Assembly (NCBI GenBank): GCA_016748015.1
Contig: JAAOMT010000140.1
Coordinates: 1 to 44,566, forward strand
Length of the DNA stretch: 44,566 nucleotides
Reading direction: 5' to 3'
DNA from: Geosiphon pyriformis uo1
Lineage: Eukaryota > Fungi > Glomeromycota
Position 1 is the stretch's first letter. Each line of letters begins with the position of its first letter. A program made the translations under genes and the position numbers. Shown one piece after another: positions 1-12,268 of this stretch. Under the pieces are notes generated by a model, which ran no database searches, was not told the DNA's origin, and was given only the letters and a program-made list of their open reading frames with translations.

Positions 1-1043
1 CCAATATTGGAGATTACGCGAAACGCTGAAACACTCGAGTATGGAATTGTGATGGATTTTGCCAAATATGGTGACATGCGAAAATATTTAGCAAAAAATC
101 TTCATTCTACGAGTTGGCCTGATAAATTAGAGATCGCGCAAGATATAGCTTTTGGACTTGATTCGATTCATTCTTCTGGTATGGTCCATCGTGATCTACA
201 CTCGGGCAACATCCTACAATATGTGAAAGATGAAGTGACTATTGGAGACCTCGGGTTATGTCAACCTACAAACACAAACAATGAAGCAACAACAACAGAG
301 GAGAAAAAGATCTATGGAGTGATTCCATACATTCCACCAGAAGTTTTAAGAGGAGAAAAGTTTACAACAGCTGGTGATATTTATAGTTTCTCTATGTTAT
401 TATGGGAATTAGCAACAGGAAAGCCTCCTTTTCATAATCGTTCTCATGATCACCTTCTTATAATGGGATATTTTAAATGGTCAAAGACCTGAAATTACCT
501 CCCCACTTATTCCACCTTGTATTGCTGAAATAATTGTAAAGTGTTGGGATGTTAATCCTGAGAATCGTCCTACTGCAAAAGAACTTAGAAATGAGTTGGA
601 AGAACTTTGGGAGATGGATGGCAAGAATTCTGGAAGAATGTCTAGTAAGATAGGAAGAATGTCTAGTAAGAGGGGAAAAATGAAACAGTTTAAAGAATCA
701 GAGAAATACGTTAAAAAAATGTTGAAAAACGACTCGAAAACAAATCATTCAAAAACAGCGACAACGACAACAACAAAGATAAAAACTCATCCACAAGCAG
801 TTTATACAAGTCGTGTTCTAAGTTTGCAAATGTTTGAAGAGACAAAAGGTCAGTTTATCTATTTTTATATTGAGTAATTCATTGATTTAAATTAATTAAC
901 ATAAATTTATTTTACTTTTTAAAAGAATTAATTTATTCGCCTAAAGGTAAGAAGTTAAACAAAATTGAGAATATAATTACAGTGTGTGCAATTGATTGAA
1001 AAGCTTATTTTACTATCTATCATATTTAGACGACTCTTCATGA
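1..1043 (+). pseudogene. TKL kinase paralog K1, 5'-truncated by the window edge, with one +1 frameshift at 465-467. Exons: <1-848, 926-946, 1030-1043
   Basis: It carries HRDLHSGN, GDLG, YIPPE, DIYS and LLWEL. An extra G at ATGGGATATT breaks the paralog consensus M-[D/A]-I-L-N-G-Q-R-P; frame +2 then continues CWD..RPT..HPQAVYTSR. Donor GTCAGT at 849, a 21-nt micro-exon (ELIYSPK) and a terminal DDSS* exon follow. It could be an intact gene with a homopolymer sequencing error. Confidence 0.8.
632..671 (+). repeat. In-frame 21-bp tandem duplication (GRMSSKI/GRMSSKR) in the K1 tail
   Basis: GGAAGAATGTCTAGTAAGA occurs at 632 and again at 653. Confidence 0.9.
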
Positions 1044-1114
1044 TCGGACATCACAATTTTTAAACTTTATAATGAAATTAAAATTATTAGTTTCCCTTGA
1101 CCTCTTATTAATTA

Positions 1115-1350
1115 AACAAGTAGCTTTAGTACACAAAGATCTCAAACGAGTTTCCCATTGTCTTTTCACCTAAACGAGTAGTTCTGATATCTGTGAATAA
1201 GAAAATAATTACTGCTTTTAAATACGTTAAGCTGATTCAAAAACATGAAACCGAAACGACATCTTGAATTTACAATTTATTAGCATTTATTATAACCTAT
1301 CACTTATTAAGACTTTAAATGAAAACCAATATAGAGATCATAGATAAATT
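1115..1350. repeat. Copy of the kinase upstream (promoter-region) element, oriented antisense to K1
   Basis: It aligns in the same + orientation with 5970-6290 (upstream of minus-strand K2) and with 34340-34575. Shared blocks: AAGTAGCT..ACACAAA, CATTGTC..CCTAAAyGAGT, TTTAAATGAAA..AATATAG. Confidence 0.7.
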
Positions 1351-4066
1351 CATTTTTTTAAACCAATTTTATGAAGTGGCTGATGAAATAAATAAAAACT
1401 AATGCTTTTATGTGATTAAGTTTTATTTTGTTATTTTAATTGAAAATTAATTGTTAAAGCGCAAATCGAAAAAATGTTATATTTATTCAACATAAATAAT
1501 ACGTTTATAAAAGTATCTTTATTAATTTGTTTTAAAAAAATAGCATTCAATAATTTTAAATTTTTTTAATTTGATTTGCCTACTATAAATTATTTTTATA
1601 TATTTTTTTTTTACAAATATAAGTTTTTAAGGATAAAATCATTAAAAGAAAACCATAAATATTAGTTTTAGTTTAAATTATTAAATTTAGACATATATAT
1701 AATATAATCGATTATATTAAACAAAAAACATTCATCAATTTTTTTAAGAAATAATACTAAAATTAGATTTTAGAATTTGTAAGAATAAAATAAATCTACT
1801 TTTAAATTTTGTGATTGAATTAATTTATGATATTTTTTTTAATTTTTTATTTAGTGCCCTTTTTTTATTTATTAATTTTTCCAAGTAGAAAATTCCTTTC
1901 AGTGCTGTTGTTTTTATCTATAATATAATTAAACAAAAATTGCTAAAATATATTTTATAGCCAATTTTAATATTTAAATATGGCTCTCTTAATTTCAAAT
2001 CAAATTATTAAACATATAAGCAAACAATATTATTTATTATTAAATAAATTTTAAATTTGAACAACAAAATTTTATCATCATTAATATTGCAATTAACTCT
2101 TAACTACAAAAGTTTTGAAGTAAAAAAAAGTTATTTGTTTTATTAAATATACAAATATTAAAACAAATATATAATTGAATTTAAATTTTTGGTTTAGAAT
2201 ATAAAATACAATAATATTATTAATTAATTTTTCGGTTAATTATATTTTATCCAATTAATTATTAATAAAACAAAGTATAATAAATTTGTCAACAATTAAT
2301 ATATAAACCAAAATTATAAAATTTTTTTTGTTGATAAATTACTTCACCAAGTTCATAGTTTTCACCAATCATTTTTATTCTATCTGTCTCACATTTATCA
2401 AAAATATATTTTTTTAATTTTAATAAAAAGTAAAAAATTAGAAAAATATAAAAATTAACTTTTAATTTAATATAAAGTAAAAAAATTACATTAAAGAAAA
2501 TTTTATTTTTTATTGAATTTAATTCAATTAAATAAGATTGTGTAAGATTTTTTTAAAAAGATATTGACTAAAATATTTTTAGTATTTATTAAAAAAATTT
2601 ATTATTTTCAATTAAAAAACAGAATTACAAAAAAATTTAGTTTAAATTATTGTTTATAGTAATAATAATTTTAAGTTTAATAACAAAGATAAAAAAAAAC
2701 ATTTTATAAAAATTTAAATTATTTAAATAAAAATATCAAATGAGTGTAAAATTATACAAATAATAATATTCTAACCAATAAAAATTTATATAAATTAAAA
2801 ATGCTATATAATAAATTATTTTTTAAAATGAAAAAAATTTATCGATATTTGATTAAAACCAAAATTTACAAAAATGAGATGTAATTGAATTAATATATTA
2901 ATTTATGAAAGAAACAATTTTAAATTATATTAACAATTTTTTAGAAAAAAAATTAAATATAATAATAATAATAATTAAATAATATAAACTGCAAACACAA
3001 ACAAATATGAAATGATATTATATAAAAATCATTTATTGTATTAAAATTTACAATACTAAAAAATAAAAATAGGAATAAAAAATATTATGAAAAAGCATTG
3101 AGCACTTGTTTCAAGTGTCCAACAAAATATATCATGCAATATTAGCAATAAAATTTTAAACTTTTTTTTGCAAGAAAAGATGTCAAAAAAGCAAAAATTT
3201 ATGTGGAATACATATTACAAATTTTTAAATGATGAAATAAAACAAACATATGAATCTAAATTTTGTTAAGGAATAAAAAGTATCGCACTATTTGTCACAG
3301 ACGTTGCAATCATAGTTTTTCAAATTTTACATATTACAATTTTCAAGTGTTGAATATGTTGTGTTCTTATATTAAAGAATTAACAAACATTTTTAACGAA
3401 TCGAAAAATTGTACCACAGAATCGCATAAAACGTGTTAATTTGAGAATAAATTATACGACCTTAATAAGTCACAATGATCGACACTTATTTGTTAATTTT
3501 TATAATTTAGTGAAAGTGTCATGTTTAGTTAAAAAAGATATTTTTTATTTTATTATCATTAAAACAAACAAGGGTCTGAAACATTATTTATAATAGTTTA
3601 AGTCAAAGACTTTAATGTGTTTAAAAAAGTAATTTACCCATATTTACCTTTAATGTTTAGAAAATCCGAAATAAAGAAATCCCAATAAACTTACTTTAAT
3701 TATAAAATTAATAAGTATATATATATATATATATATATTTATTAAAGGTGAATGTTGTTAACTTTAAGGTTTGAAAAAAATAATAATTTAAAGTTTTTAA
3801 AATTTAATATCCATCACTTTTTAGTGATTAAGGATAATAAAGATTTCTTGAAATGCTGAAATTATAAGCAAAAAGGGTTTAGAATTAAATCATAGCCTTT
3901 TATCAGCTTTTTTGTGCCTAGAGCTACTTAAATTATTAGGTAGGTATTTACAATATTAGATTAACTTAACAAGCACAAAATGAAACATTAAACTTAAAAT
4001 AGCAATAACAGAAGGGAATATTATTTTTTATCACTTATGAAACTAACAATATTAAGCTCATGACTA

Positions 4067-5723
4067 TTAAGAGTTATCTAAATAGAATAGATATTAAAAT
4101 AAATAAAGTTTAAACAAGAGTATATAATACATTCTAACTTTTTTTACCTCTTACCTTCAGGCAAATATACTAATTCTTTTAAAAGTAAATTTAGATAAAA
4201 TAGATTTTTAAAATAGTGTTTAACATTTAAATCAATAAATTATTCAATATAAAAATAGATAAACTAACCTTTTGAAAAATCAACCATCTGTGCAGTTAAA
4301 AGACGACTTGTATAAACTGCTCCTGGATGAATGTTTATCTTTGTTGTCGTCGAGGGTTTTGCTATCTCGTCGCTTTTCTTTGCTTTTTTAAGAAATTGAA
4401 TATATTTTGAAAATCTTCTTAAAGGTTTTGTTGTAGAGTCGTTCTTTAGCATATTTTTTACGTATTTATCTGATTCCTTAAACTTGGAAATTGTGTACAA
4501 AAGTTTACCCAACATATTGAAAACTTCTATCGCAGTAGGACGATTCTTAGGATTAACATCCCAACACTTTTTGATTATTTTGGCAATTGAAGTTGGAATA
4601 AGTGGGGAAGTAATCTTAGGTCTTTGACCATTTAAAATAGCCATTATAAGAATATGATCATGAGAACGATCATGAAAAGGAGGCTTTCCTGTTGCTAATT
4701 CCCATAATAACATCCCATAACTATAAATATCACCAGCTGTTGTAAAATTTTCTCCTCTTAAAACTTCTGGTGAAATGTATGGAATCACTCCATATATCTT
4801 TTTTTCCTCTGTTGTTGTTGCTTTATTGTTTACTGGTTGACATAATCCGAGGTCTCCAATATCTACCCATTGTTCATCATATTGTAAGATGTTGCCCGAG
4901 TGTAAGTCACGATTAACCATACCAGATCTATGAATTGATTCAAGTCCTCGAGCTACTCTATACGCGATCACTAATTTAACAGACCAACTCATAGAATGAA
5001 AATTTGTTGATATATATTTTCGTATATCTTCATGTTTGGTAAACTTCATCACAATTCCATACTCGAGTGTTGTAGCGTTTTGCGTAATCCCAAATATTGA
5101 AGATATACTATTTGAGTAGTTACCGCTATTCATAAACATAACTCTTTGAATATTTAACTATCAACACAGTGTTAAAAAGTAAATAGATAGCATACGGTAA
5201 ATAAATAAATAATAAGTAAATATGAATTAAATATAAATATAAATATAAATATAAATAATAATTTGTTTACCTCTTTAAACACTTCTGAACTGTTCGTTTT
5301 TATAACTTTTATTGCTACTTCTGTGCCTATTCTTCCTCTTTTATATTCCATTTCACCATGATGTTTTATAGTATATTTATTAATTACTCCATCAATTAGG
5401 GTTGCAATACAAATTATACCGAACCCTCCTCTAGCAATTTCCTTTATATTCGACAAACGCTCCCATGGAATCCATTCATAGTAATTCAATATACCATTAT
5501 ATTTTTTACTAAAATTATTAGGTGGAATATAGATTGGATTCTTAATTATTTCATCCACTTCTTCATTGCCGCTTGAAAAGTCTTTATAAAGTTTTTTGAA
5601 AAATCTGAAATTGCATGCACTACATTTATTATCACTATTGTTTAGAATACTCCATTGACAAATATAACACTCATCGCAATCATGAAATTCTGGACGATAT
5701 CTATTAATTTCTTTTTTTTCCAT
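4067..5723 (-). CDS. TKL protein kinase K2 with N-terminal Cys-rich module, ~457 aa. Exons: 5723-5271, 5157-4269, 4175-4155, 4077-4067
   Basis: Motifs: RGGFG, VAIK, FKE|L across a phase-0 GT-AG intron, NRDLHSGN, DLG, YISPE, DIYS, CWD, RPT, HPGAVYTSRLL. All splice phases are consistent and micro-exons encode ELVYLPE and DNS*. Confidence 0.9.
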
Positions 5724-5759
5724 GATGTGGATAAAGAACAAAAGATATATATAGAAGGA

Positions 5760-6830
5760 TAAAATGTGAATAAGTTATTATTATTCGAAAGAGGGTTTCT
5801 TTAAAGGTTTATTTTATAGTACGTTTAGAAAGTTATTTGTCTAAAGGCGAGTTCTTATTTATGTTGTGTCTTCTATGTTCGCATAGTGTAACAGATCAAT
5901 CTAATTAAACCTTATTCATCAGACTGTGATTCGCTACAAATCATACTAAATAGGTTTAATTATGAACAAATTTAAGTAGCTATAATACACAAAAACCCCA
6001 AACACGATTCCCATTATCTCATTGTCATTTTGCCTAAACGAGTTATTCAATTTATTTGTAGAACAATAATAACAATAATAACGGTAACAAATAACACGAT
6101 TTAGGCTTTGTGTGAAAACAAAAAAATATGATCTGCTTGTATTAATCAATTTTTTTTTTACCTTTGGATAAAAGTATTAACACAGTTTCTTGAATGTTAG
6201 GCTAAATATCATAAATTTACTTAGATACTGTATTAAGGCTTTAAATGAAATCAATATAGGTATCAGAGATAAACGTAATTCAATGCTAAAACAAATCTTA
6301 TCTTTATGCTTTTAACTTAAAATTTAATATTAAATCCAACATAATTAATATAGTTATCTTTTAACCCTTGAATTTTAGAGTTAAATATTAATATTGGGGT
6401 TTGAAAAAATTACAAAAACAGCTCTTTATAACTTTTAATTTAACTTTGGAAAAATATTTATTAAGATAAACTTTATAAATAATTAAAGAAATATTAGTTT
6501 CTTATTTCGATCTGTAAATATAATGAATACAAACCTTTGTACACTTTTTCGAAATTAAGTTATTTATCTTCTCATAATTGTATGCGATTATTCTTAAAAA
6601 TAATATTTTTTATTAAAAAATTTTTGGTTATTATAATTTAGAATAGAAAGCTTTTATTAGCGGCCGTTTTTAATTTTTGTTTTTGCTAGCTCTCTGTTTT
6701 TCTTTAAACTAAGTTTGGATGCTCCAACTGTAAACTTTCGAATCACTTCTCTTATCAAATTAATTAGGCTAATTTATCATTTAAATATTCTAAATTTGGA
6801 CCTACAGTAAATGTATCTTGAAACCAAGAT
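5760..6830 (-). promoter_or_regulatory. Upstream region conserved among kinase paralogs
   Basis: Blocks are shared in inverted orientation with 27530-28146 (e.g. ATTTACTGTAGGT, AAAAACGGCC..TAATAAAA, GTTCTACAAAT.AATTGAA) and in direct orientation with 32100-32400 and 39400-39865. Regulatory function is inferred. Confidence 0.55.
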
Positions 6831-7625
6831 TTAATAATAAAATTAAAGATTTAGTGAAAACTTAACCATCCCTTGAGCATACACTACCAGTTGATAGTAA
6901 TATTGGTATTTTGGGGGTTTGTGAAAACTTCAAGGTTTTAAGTCTTTTCAGTAAACAAGTTTTAATAACATAAAACAAATTTAAAATATTCATATCATAA
7001 AATTTCGAATACATATACCAAATTTTCAGGAATTATATATATAAACCTTCCATGTGTGCTGTAAATAAAATTAATTAATAAATATATATATATAGTATAT
7101 ATATTTCAATAAACCAATTAATACTTCAATTTTGAAAAATTTGGTGTTTCTACTTATTTTATTCTGATTCGGAAATATGTGCTACAAATATTTATCATAA
7201 AGAGAAAAAAATTGAGATTTTTATATTCTGAATAGATCTGCACCCAATTTATGATCAACCTCATTTTAAGTGAAGAAAATTATTATTATTTTATAAATTT
7301 TTTTTAAAACTTAAGTTTCTTATTTTCGAGGATTACCCATTTTCAGTCATATACGGTATATTAATCAAATTATTTGTTCATTGCGTCGAATATTCTAAAA
7401 GATATCGACTTTCAATAAATCTCAAAAGGTTATCAGTGATTCAGAAGTTTAAAACCACGATTCAATAGAACACAATGATTTGGTTTTTTTATTGGCTGTA
7501 AACACATATATGCTAAATAAAGATTTGAAGAGTCTTATGACCTTTTAAATTTTTATACTTATAAAAAGAGTCGACTAAAACGTTGCCACTGAAAAAACTA
7601 TGAAATTTTCCCAACTTTTTTAAAC

Positions 7626-10060
7626 ATGAATTATGATAGTCTTCGAGCAAGTTATACCTTATCAACATCTCTCCATATTGATAGATGTAGCGATTTGAGT
7701 CGAATTGATCCTGGCACCGTTAATCAGCAGCTAGCACCTGTTAACCCTTCTCTAAACCCACTACCAGCAGCACATAATAATCCTGCTGAAAATATATCAA
7801 CAATTCTCACTGCACAAAACATTGACTTTACAGTAAAAGAAGAATTTATCGAACCGACCTTTGTCTATTCATATAGACCTACCAATACAAATTAATTATT
7901 CTGTAAGCATTTTATATTTAAATCAACTAGACTAAAGAGGTAAATAATTTATTTTCACTTTTCCAACTCACATATGTTTATAATTTGCTATTCAATCACC
8001 TTTGCAAGAACATTTGAATTTTTGTACTTCTTAACCTTTTATCTCTTTTTGTATACTTCGTCTTTACATCGCTCTCTACGTGTTTTTTTGAACTAACTTC
8101 CCAAAAATGGCATAGCATTAAGAAGACAAATAATTTGTCGCATACTTCATTGGATTTATTCAATTTATTTGTTTACTACGGTGACTTACCTCTTCAAATC
8201 TTTTACAATTGTGTGTGTTTGTCCAAAGTAGTTTTATTTATTTATATATATTCCAGTTTAATAAATCCAAGCCTCAATTAAATTGTGAAAATAGAAATTT
8301 CTTAATCTTTTAAATTGACTTGAAAGCTGAGTGAATTTAGTAATTCCATAGAAATGACCTTGTTTTTCTAAAAATCTATTTTCAAAATGACAACCTTGAT
8401 AAAAAATTATTAAATTCTTATTAAGGCTTTCTATTTTCATAATTGTCTATTACAATAATTTTTTAAGTCAACGAGTTGATTTCACAACTCTTATAAAATT
8501 TTCTTTTTGAAGAAAATTTCTTGTTTAAAAAAACTACTTTAAATAAAAACCCTATCAAAACGTTGTTTTTTAATTCTTGCGGTTTAAAAATTAAAATTAT
8601 TATGCAATAAATGTATTCAAGTATTTTAATTATCATGAATAAAGTGACTTTTAAAAATTAAAATAAAGCGTGATTCAACTTATCAAAGTTTCTAAATCAA
8701 AATCCTTCTAAATACCCTTAACCTGATGGTTTTTTAGTTAACTTCACCTACCTTTATAGAGTAGGCACCAGAAATAACGCCCGATTTATGTGTGTAACAA
8801 TTTAAAAAAATCAGGGCGTTACTTTTAGTCATAAACATTTTTCGTGTATTGCTATTTCCATAATCTGAGGATATTTTTGATAAGCGAATGCAAGGCTGGA
8901 TACTTTTCTCTAAAGATAAACTTTGACTACTAATATTAAATTTCTGCTGGTACTATTGAAGTTGTACTGAAAAGGTTTACTAGAATTATAGACACAATAG
9001 CATTTAAGTATCACTCTGAAATTTTTGGCTTAATAAATAGAGATTTTTGAGAAAGTTTGAATTGGTAATATTAGTGAAATTTTGTTCTTTCGATGGAGTT
9101 TTGAGAATATATTGTTGCATAATACCTCAAGATTTAAAGTATTCATTACCGAATAACGTTATTCATACTACCCGAAACATATATAAGTTAACCACCTACA
9201 CCAGTAAAAAAAATTAATCCCAGGTAACCTCATTTTTTTCACAAAAGAAATTATTATTAAATTAGATTTTTAAATAATTTATTTAAATTTAAAAACTCAC
9301 CAATAAATTGTTCATATAAAATCCAAATATCAACTGAAATAAAAGAGGCAAGTAGCGAAAATATGTTTAAATGCTCCTGAATACTTTTAGACCAATGGCT
9401 TTTTTATTCACATCTATTCTTTCAGTTAGATCTAAGGTGATACTAATTTTATTTATGCAAAATTATTTTAAATGGATCTAAGATTGATTTTGATAAACTA
9501 TGAGCTCAACAAATGAAAAACTTTTTGAATGATATCTCAAGAAATTATTAGGTATATAATGGCTAAATGTTTAAACTCTCCATTCATTTCTCTTAGAGCC
9601 AGTATTTTATCTGAAGAGTATTTATAATTTTTTTTTATATCAATATAATCAGGATTGTATTTTCTGCTTGCAATTCAAATGAATTAAACGTTATATTTTT
9701 CAATATTTTCATATTTAGACAGAGTAAGATATTTGGTAGTGGCATGCTAGTTTTTAATTTAGTTTGGTTTATAGAGATTGACAATTATTGATAAAATACT
9801 GAGCGAATGACAAACCATCATCTTAAATTAAATGGTAAGAATCAAGAAAAAAATTGAGCAAATGAATAGGTTTTAGTTCTAAAGATGCATGAAATAAGAA
9901 TATTTATATATTTATTCAATTTAAATGGTGTCTGAAAAGAATATTATGATAAAATTTTCAAGTCCCTTGGAATTTCTTTGCAAAGGTAAATCGTGAAATA
10001 AACAACTTGAGGATCAATCATTCGATTAGGAATCTTTTTTAAAAGGTGCTATCATGTAAA
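7626..10060 (+). other. Possible decayed coding sequence of unknown family
   Basis: GC is locally elevated. An 89-aa ORF with protein-like composition is followed by short stop-interrupted protein-like segments (DIFDKRMQGWILFSKD, NGSKIDFDKL*AQQMKNFLND, RQSKIFGSGMLVF). No family recognised. Confidence 0.3.
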
Positions 10061-10699
10061 TTATTTGAAATTTTCAAAGATAAATATGGGGAATCTATTA
10101 AGAGTCAAAAATTATAGTCATAAAATATCTTATCTTGCTTTGATCAGAACCAAAAAATTTCATTATTTATTATTGGCAATTTATTGTGGTAAATTTTTAT
10201 TCTTGAAGAATAATAATATTAATACATTTGTTTATTTGTTTGTTTATTTGTTTTCCAAATAACTTTATATTCTTTAATAAAATTTAAAACTAAAGTTTTC
10301 TATATTTCTGAAATATGGAATGAATAATTGTCGTTTTTAAAAAGTTTTAATTAAGCTGACCCACAAGTCAAATTTCATTTCGTAAATGTGAATTTGGTTT
10401 AGATTACTTCGAAATGTAATTTCTTTCATACTTGAATTTAATTGAAATATAATTTAATCCATTTACTTAAAAATTTAATGTAAATACTAATTTCAATATT
10501 TTAATTTGACTTAATTGCTATTGATTCAAAACGAGCTTTGAATTTACCCAGTAGGAAACAAGATAATAGTGAATAAGAATCAATTATACTATGCTTAAGT
10601 AGAATCAAAACTCAATTTAAAAGCTTTTCTGTTTCTCACTCAATGTATATATACCTAAAAGCAGTCAATTTTGATTAGTATTTTACAGAAGATAATTTT

Positions 10700-12135
10700 T
10701 ATTTGTTAGCTTCACAATTAAAACAATCATTTTCAGTCAGCTTATTCAATGTGCTATTTGTTTCAAAGTTAAAGTCCTGCGAATGTTTTGACTCATTAAC
10801 TGGGAAAGCAATTTAACTATGAAACATGGAATAACAACAAATATATAATTTTATAGGACGAAAGTTGGAAAAAGATCATGTGAAAAATCTGCCGTATTTG
10901 GATTCTTGTTTTTCTTAGCGTCAAGGGAGCTTTGGAGAAGATATTATTAGATAATTCTTCAGAATTTGAATTTCCCCATGACCAAAAAGAAATAATCATA
11001 TCGCAGAAGTAAATATCAACAATCCCATCTAGGGACTATATGAAATCAACCAAATTATAAGCTTTGTTTTCCGTATAGTCTGGCAACGTTTTGAATTTTT
11101 AATTTCGCATGTATAAAGAGACCTATCATAGAAACATAATCAAAAATCGATTCGAAAATAACGAATTCACATATGAATGTATTATTGTACCTGCGATTGT
11201 TTCCTTCTGCGTCAATCTTCTTAAAAAAATTAAATGTGAGCTTATGTAAACAAATATCTTTTTTAATTCGTATTTTGATAATCATTAATCCCTACATGTA
11301 GTATCAAAAGAACCCGATTGGATTTTCTAGATTTCTCAAAAGAGTTAGATTACGCCCCCAAAAATCTGATCCTACTAAACTCGAATCGAGTCATTTGATA
11401 TTCTATTGTCACTTTTTCTATGGCGCTAAATACACAAATATAGTTGCCTGCAATTTGTATATTTATCGTTGATGTTTTCTGGTTTTCAATAGTTTTTTCA
11501 AGTTTTAGAGTTGAGTTGTGAACAAAGAATGATGCAAACTTATAAGACGAATCTCTAGTTTTGGATTTCATTTTAAGAAGCCAAAGGAATCTATTTTTCT
11601 AAAAAGGGAAAACATAGTTTTCGAAGATAAATACAATCTTTTCTAGCACTAATGAAATCAAAGGTATTACGAAATTTAAGTTTTCTTACCATATATAGAT
11701 AGGAAAGAACTTGAATAGATGAGTAAAAATGCTTCAATAAAAGTTTCATTAAAATAGAGCTAAACAATATTTCTTTCAGATGAATAATGATGGTAATGAT
11801 TAGGAATTTTTGTCAATATTTAAAATTGCGAATGGCTTTATGAAAGATAAATTGCGAATGGCTTTATGAAAGATAAATTGCGAATGGTTTTACGAAAGAT
11901 AAATTACCAATAATAAAAATATCTTTCGGATTTTTAAAACCGAACCGCAGCAAACAAATAAACAAAGCAAGCAAAGAGGATAGTTGTAGATATTATCCTA
12001 AAGAATATTTATCATTAAAATTACTGCGAAAACATTGATTTTCCAGAGATAAGATTCATAAATGATAGCAAACATTCCGAAAACATATTCAATCTATGCA
12101 CTCAATAGAAAGAATTGGTAGAATGATTCATATAT
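10700..12135 (-). pseudogene. Decayed F-box/LRR (RNI-like) protein gene
   Basis: Collinear minus-strand segments LPILSIECID*I (F-box start), SILMKLLLKHFYSSIQVLSYL, FISARKDCIYLRKL and LKLEKTIENQK resemble the Glomeromycotina F-box/LRR expansion. There are many stops and frameshifts, and the boundaries are approximate. Confidence 0.5.
11823..11905. repeat. 26-bp tandem repeat, 3.2 copies
   Basis: AAATTGCGAATGGCTTTATGAAAGAT is present twice exactly, plus a third copy with 2 mismatches. Confidence 0.95.
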
Positions 12136-12222
12136 TCAAAATTAGTGTAAATAATTTTTATAATTATTTGAATTATTAATTGACAAAATTGAAAACCTAT
12201 TATATTAATTTATAATCAATTA

Positions 12223-12224
<2 letters not shown>

Positions 12225-12266
<42 letters not shown>
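12225..12266. repeat. (TAA)14 microsatellite
   Basis: Read directly from the sequence. Confidence 0.95.

Positions 12267-12268
<2 letters not shown>

Noticed and set aside
5172-5270. Apparent transmembrane C-termini of ORFs 5172-5741, 31388-32134, 38789-39349 and 28386-28718
   Set aside because: They are read-through into the T-rich first intron; the conserved GAG|GTAAAC donor and TAG|TTAAATATTCAA acceptor join the kinase lobes in frame.
6870-7350. Exon-like minus-strand segments with AG/GT borders; similar signal at 22080-22320
   Set aside because: I could not assemble an open frame or recognise any family.
11823-11905. 26-bp repeats as a CRISPR-like array
   Set aside because: The repeats are directly adjacent with no spacers, there are no cas genes, and the context is eukaryotic.
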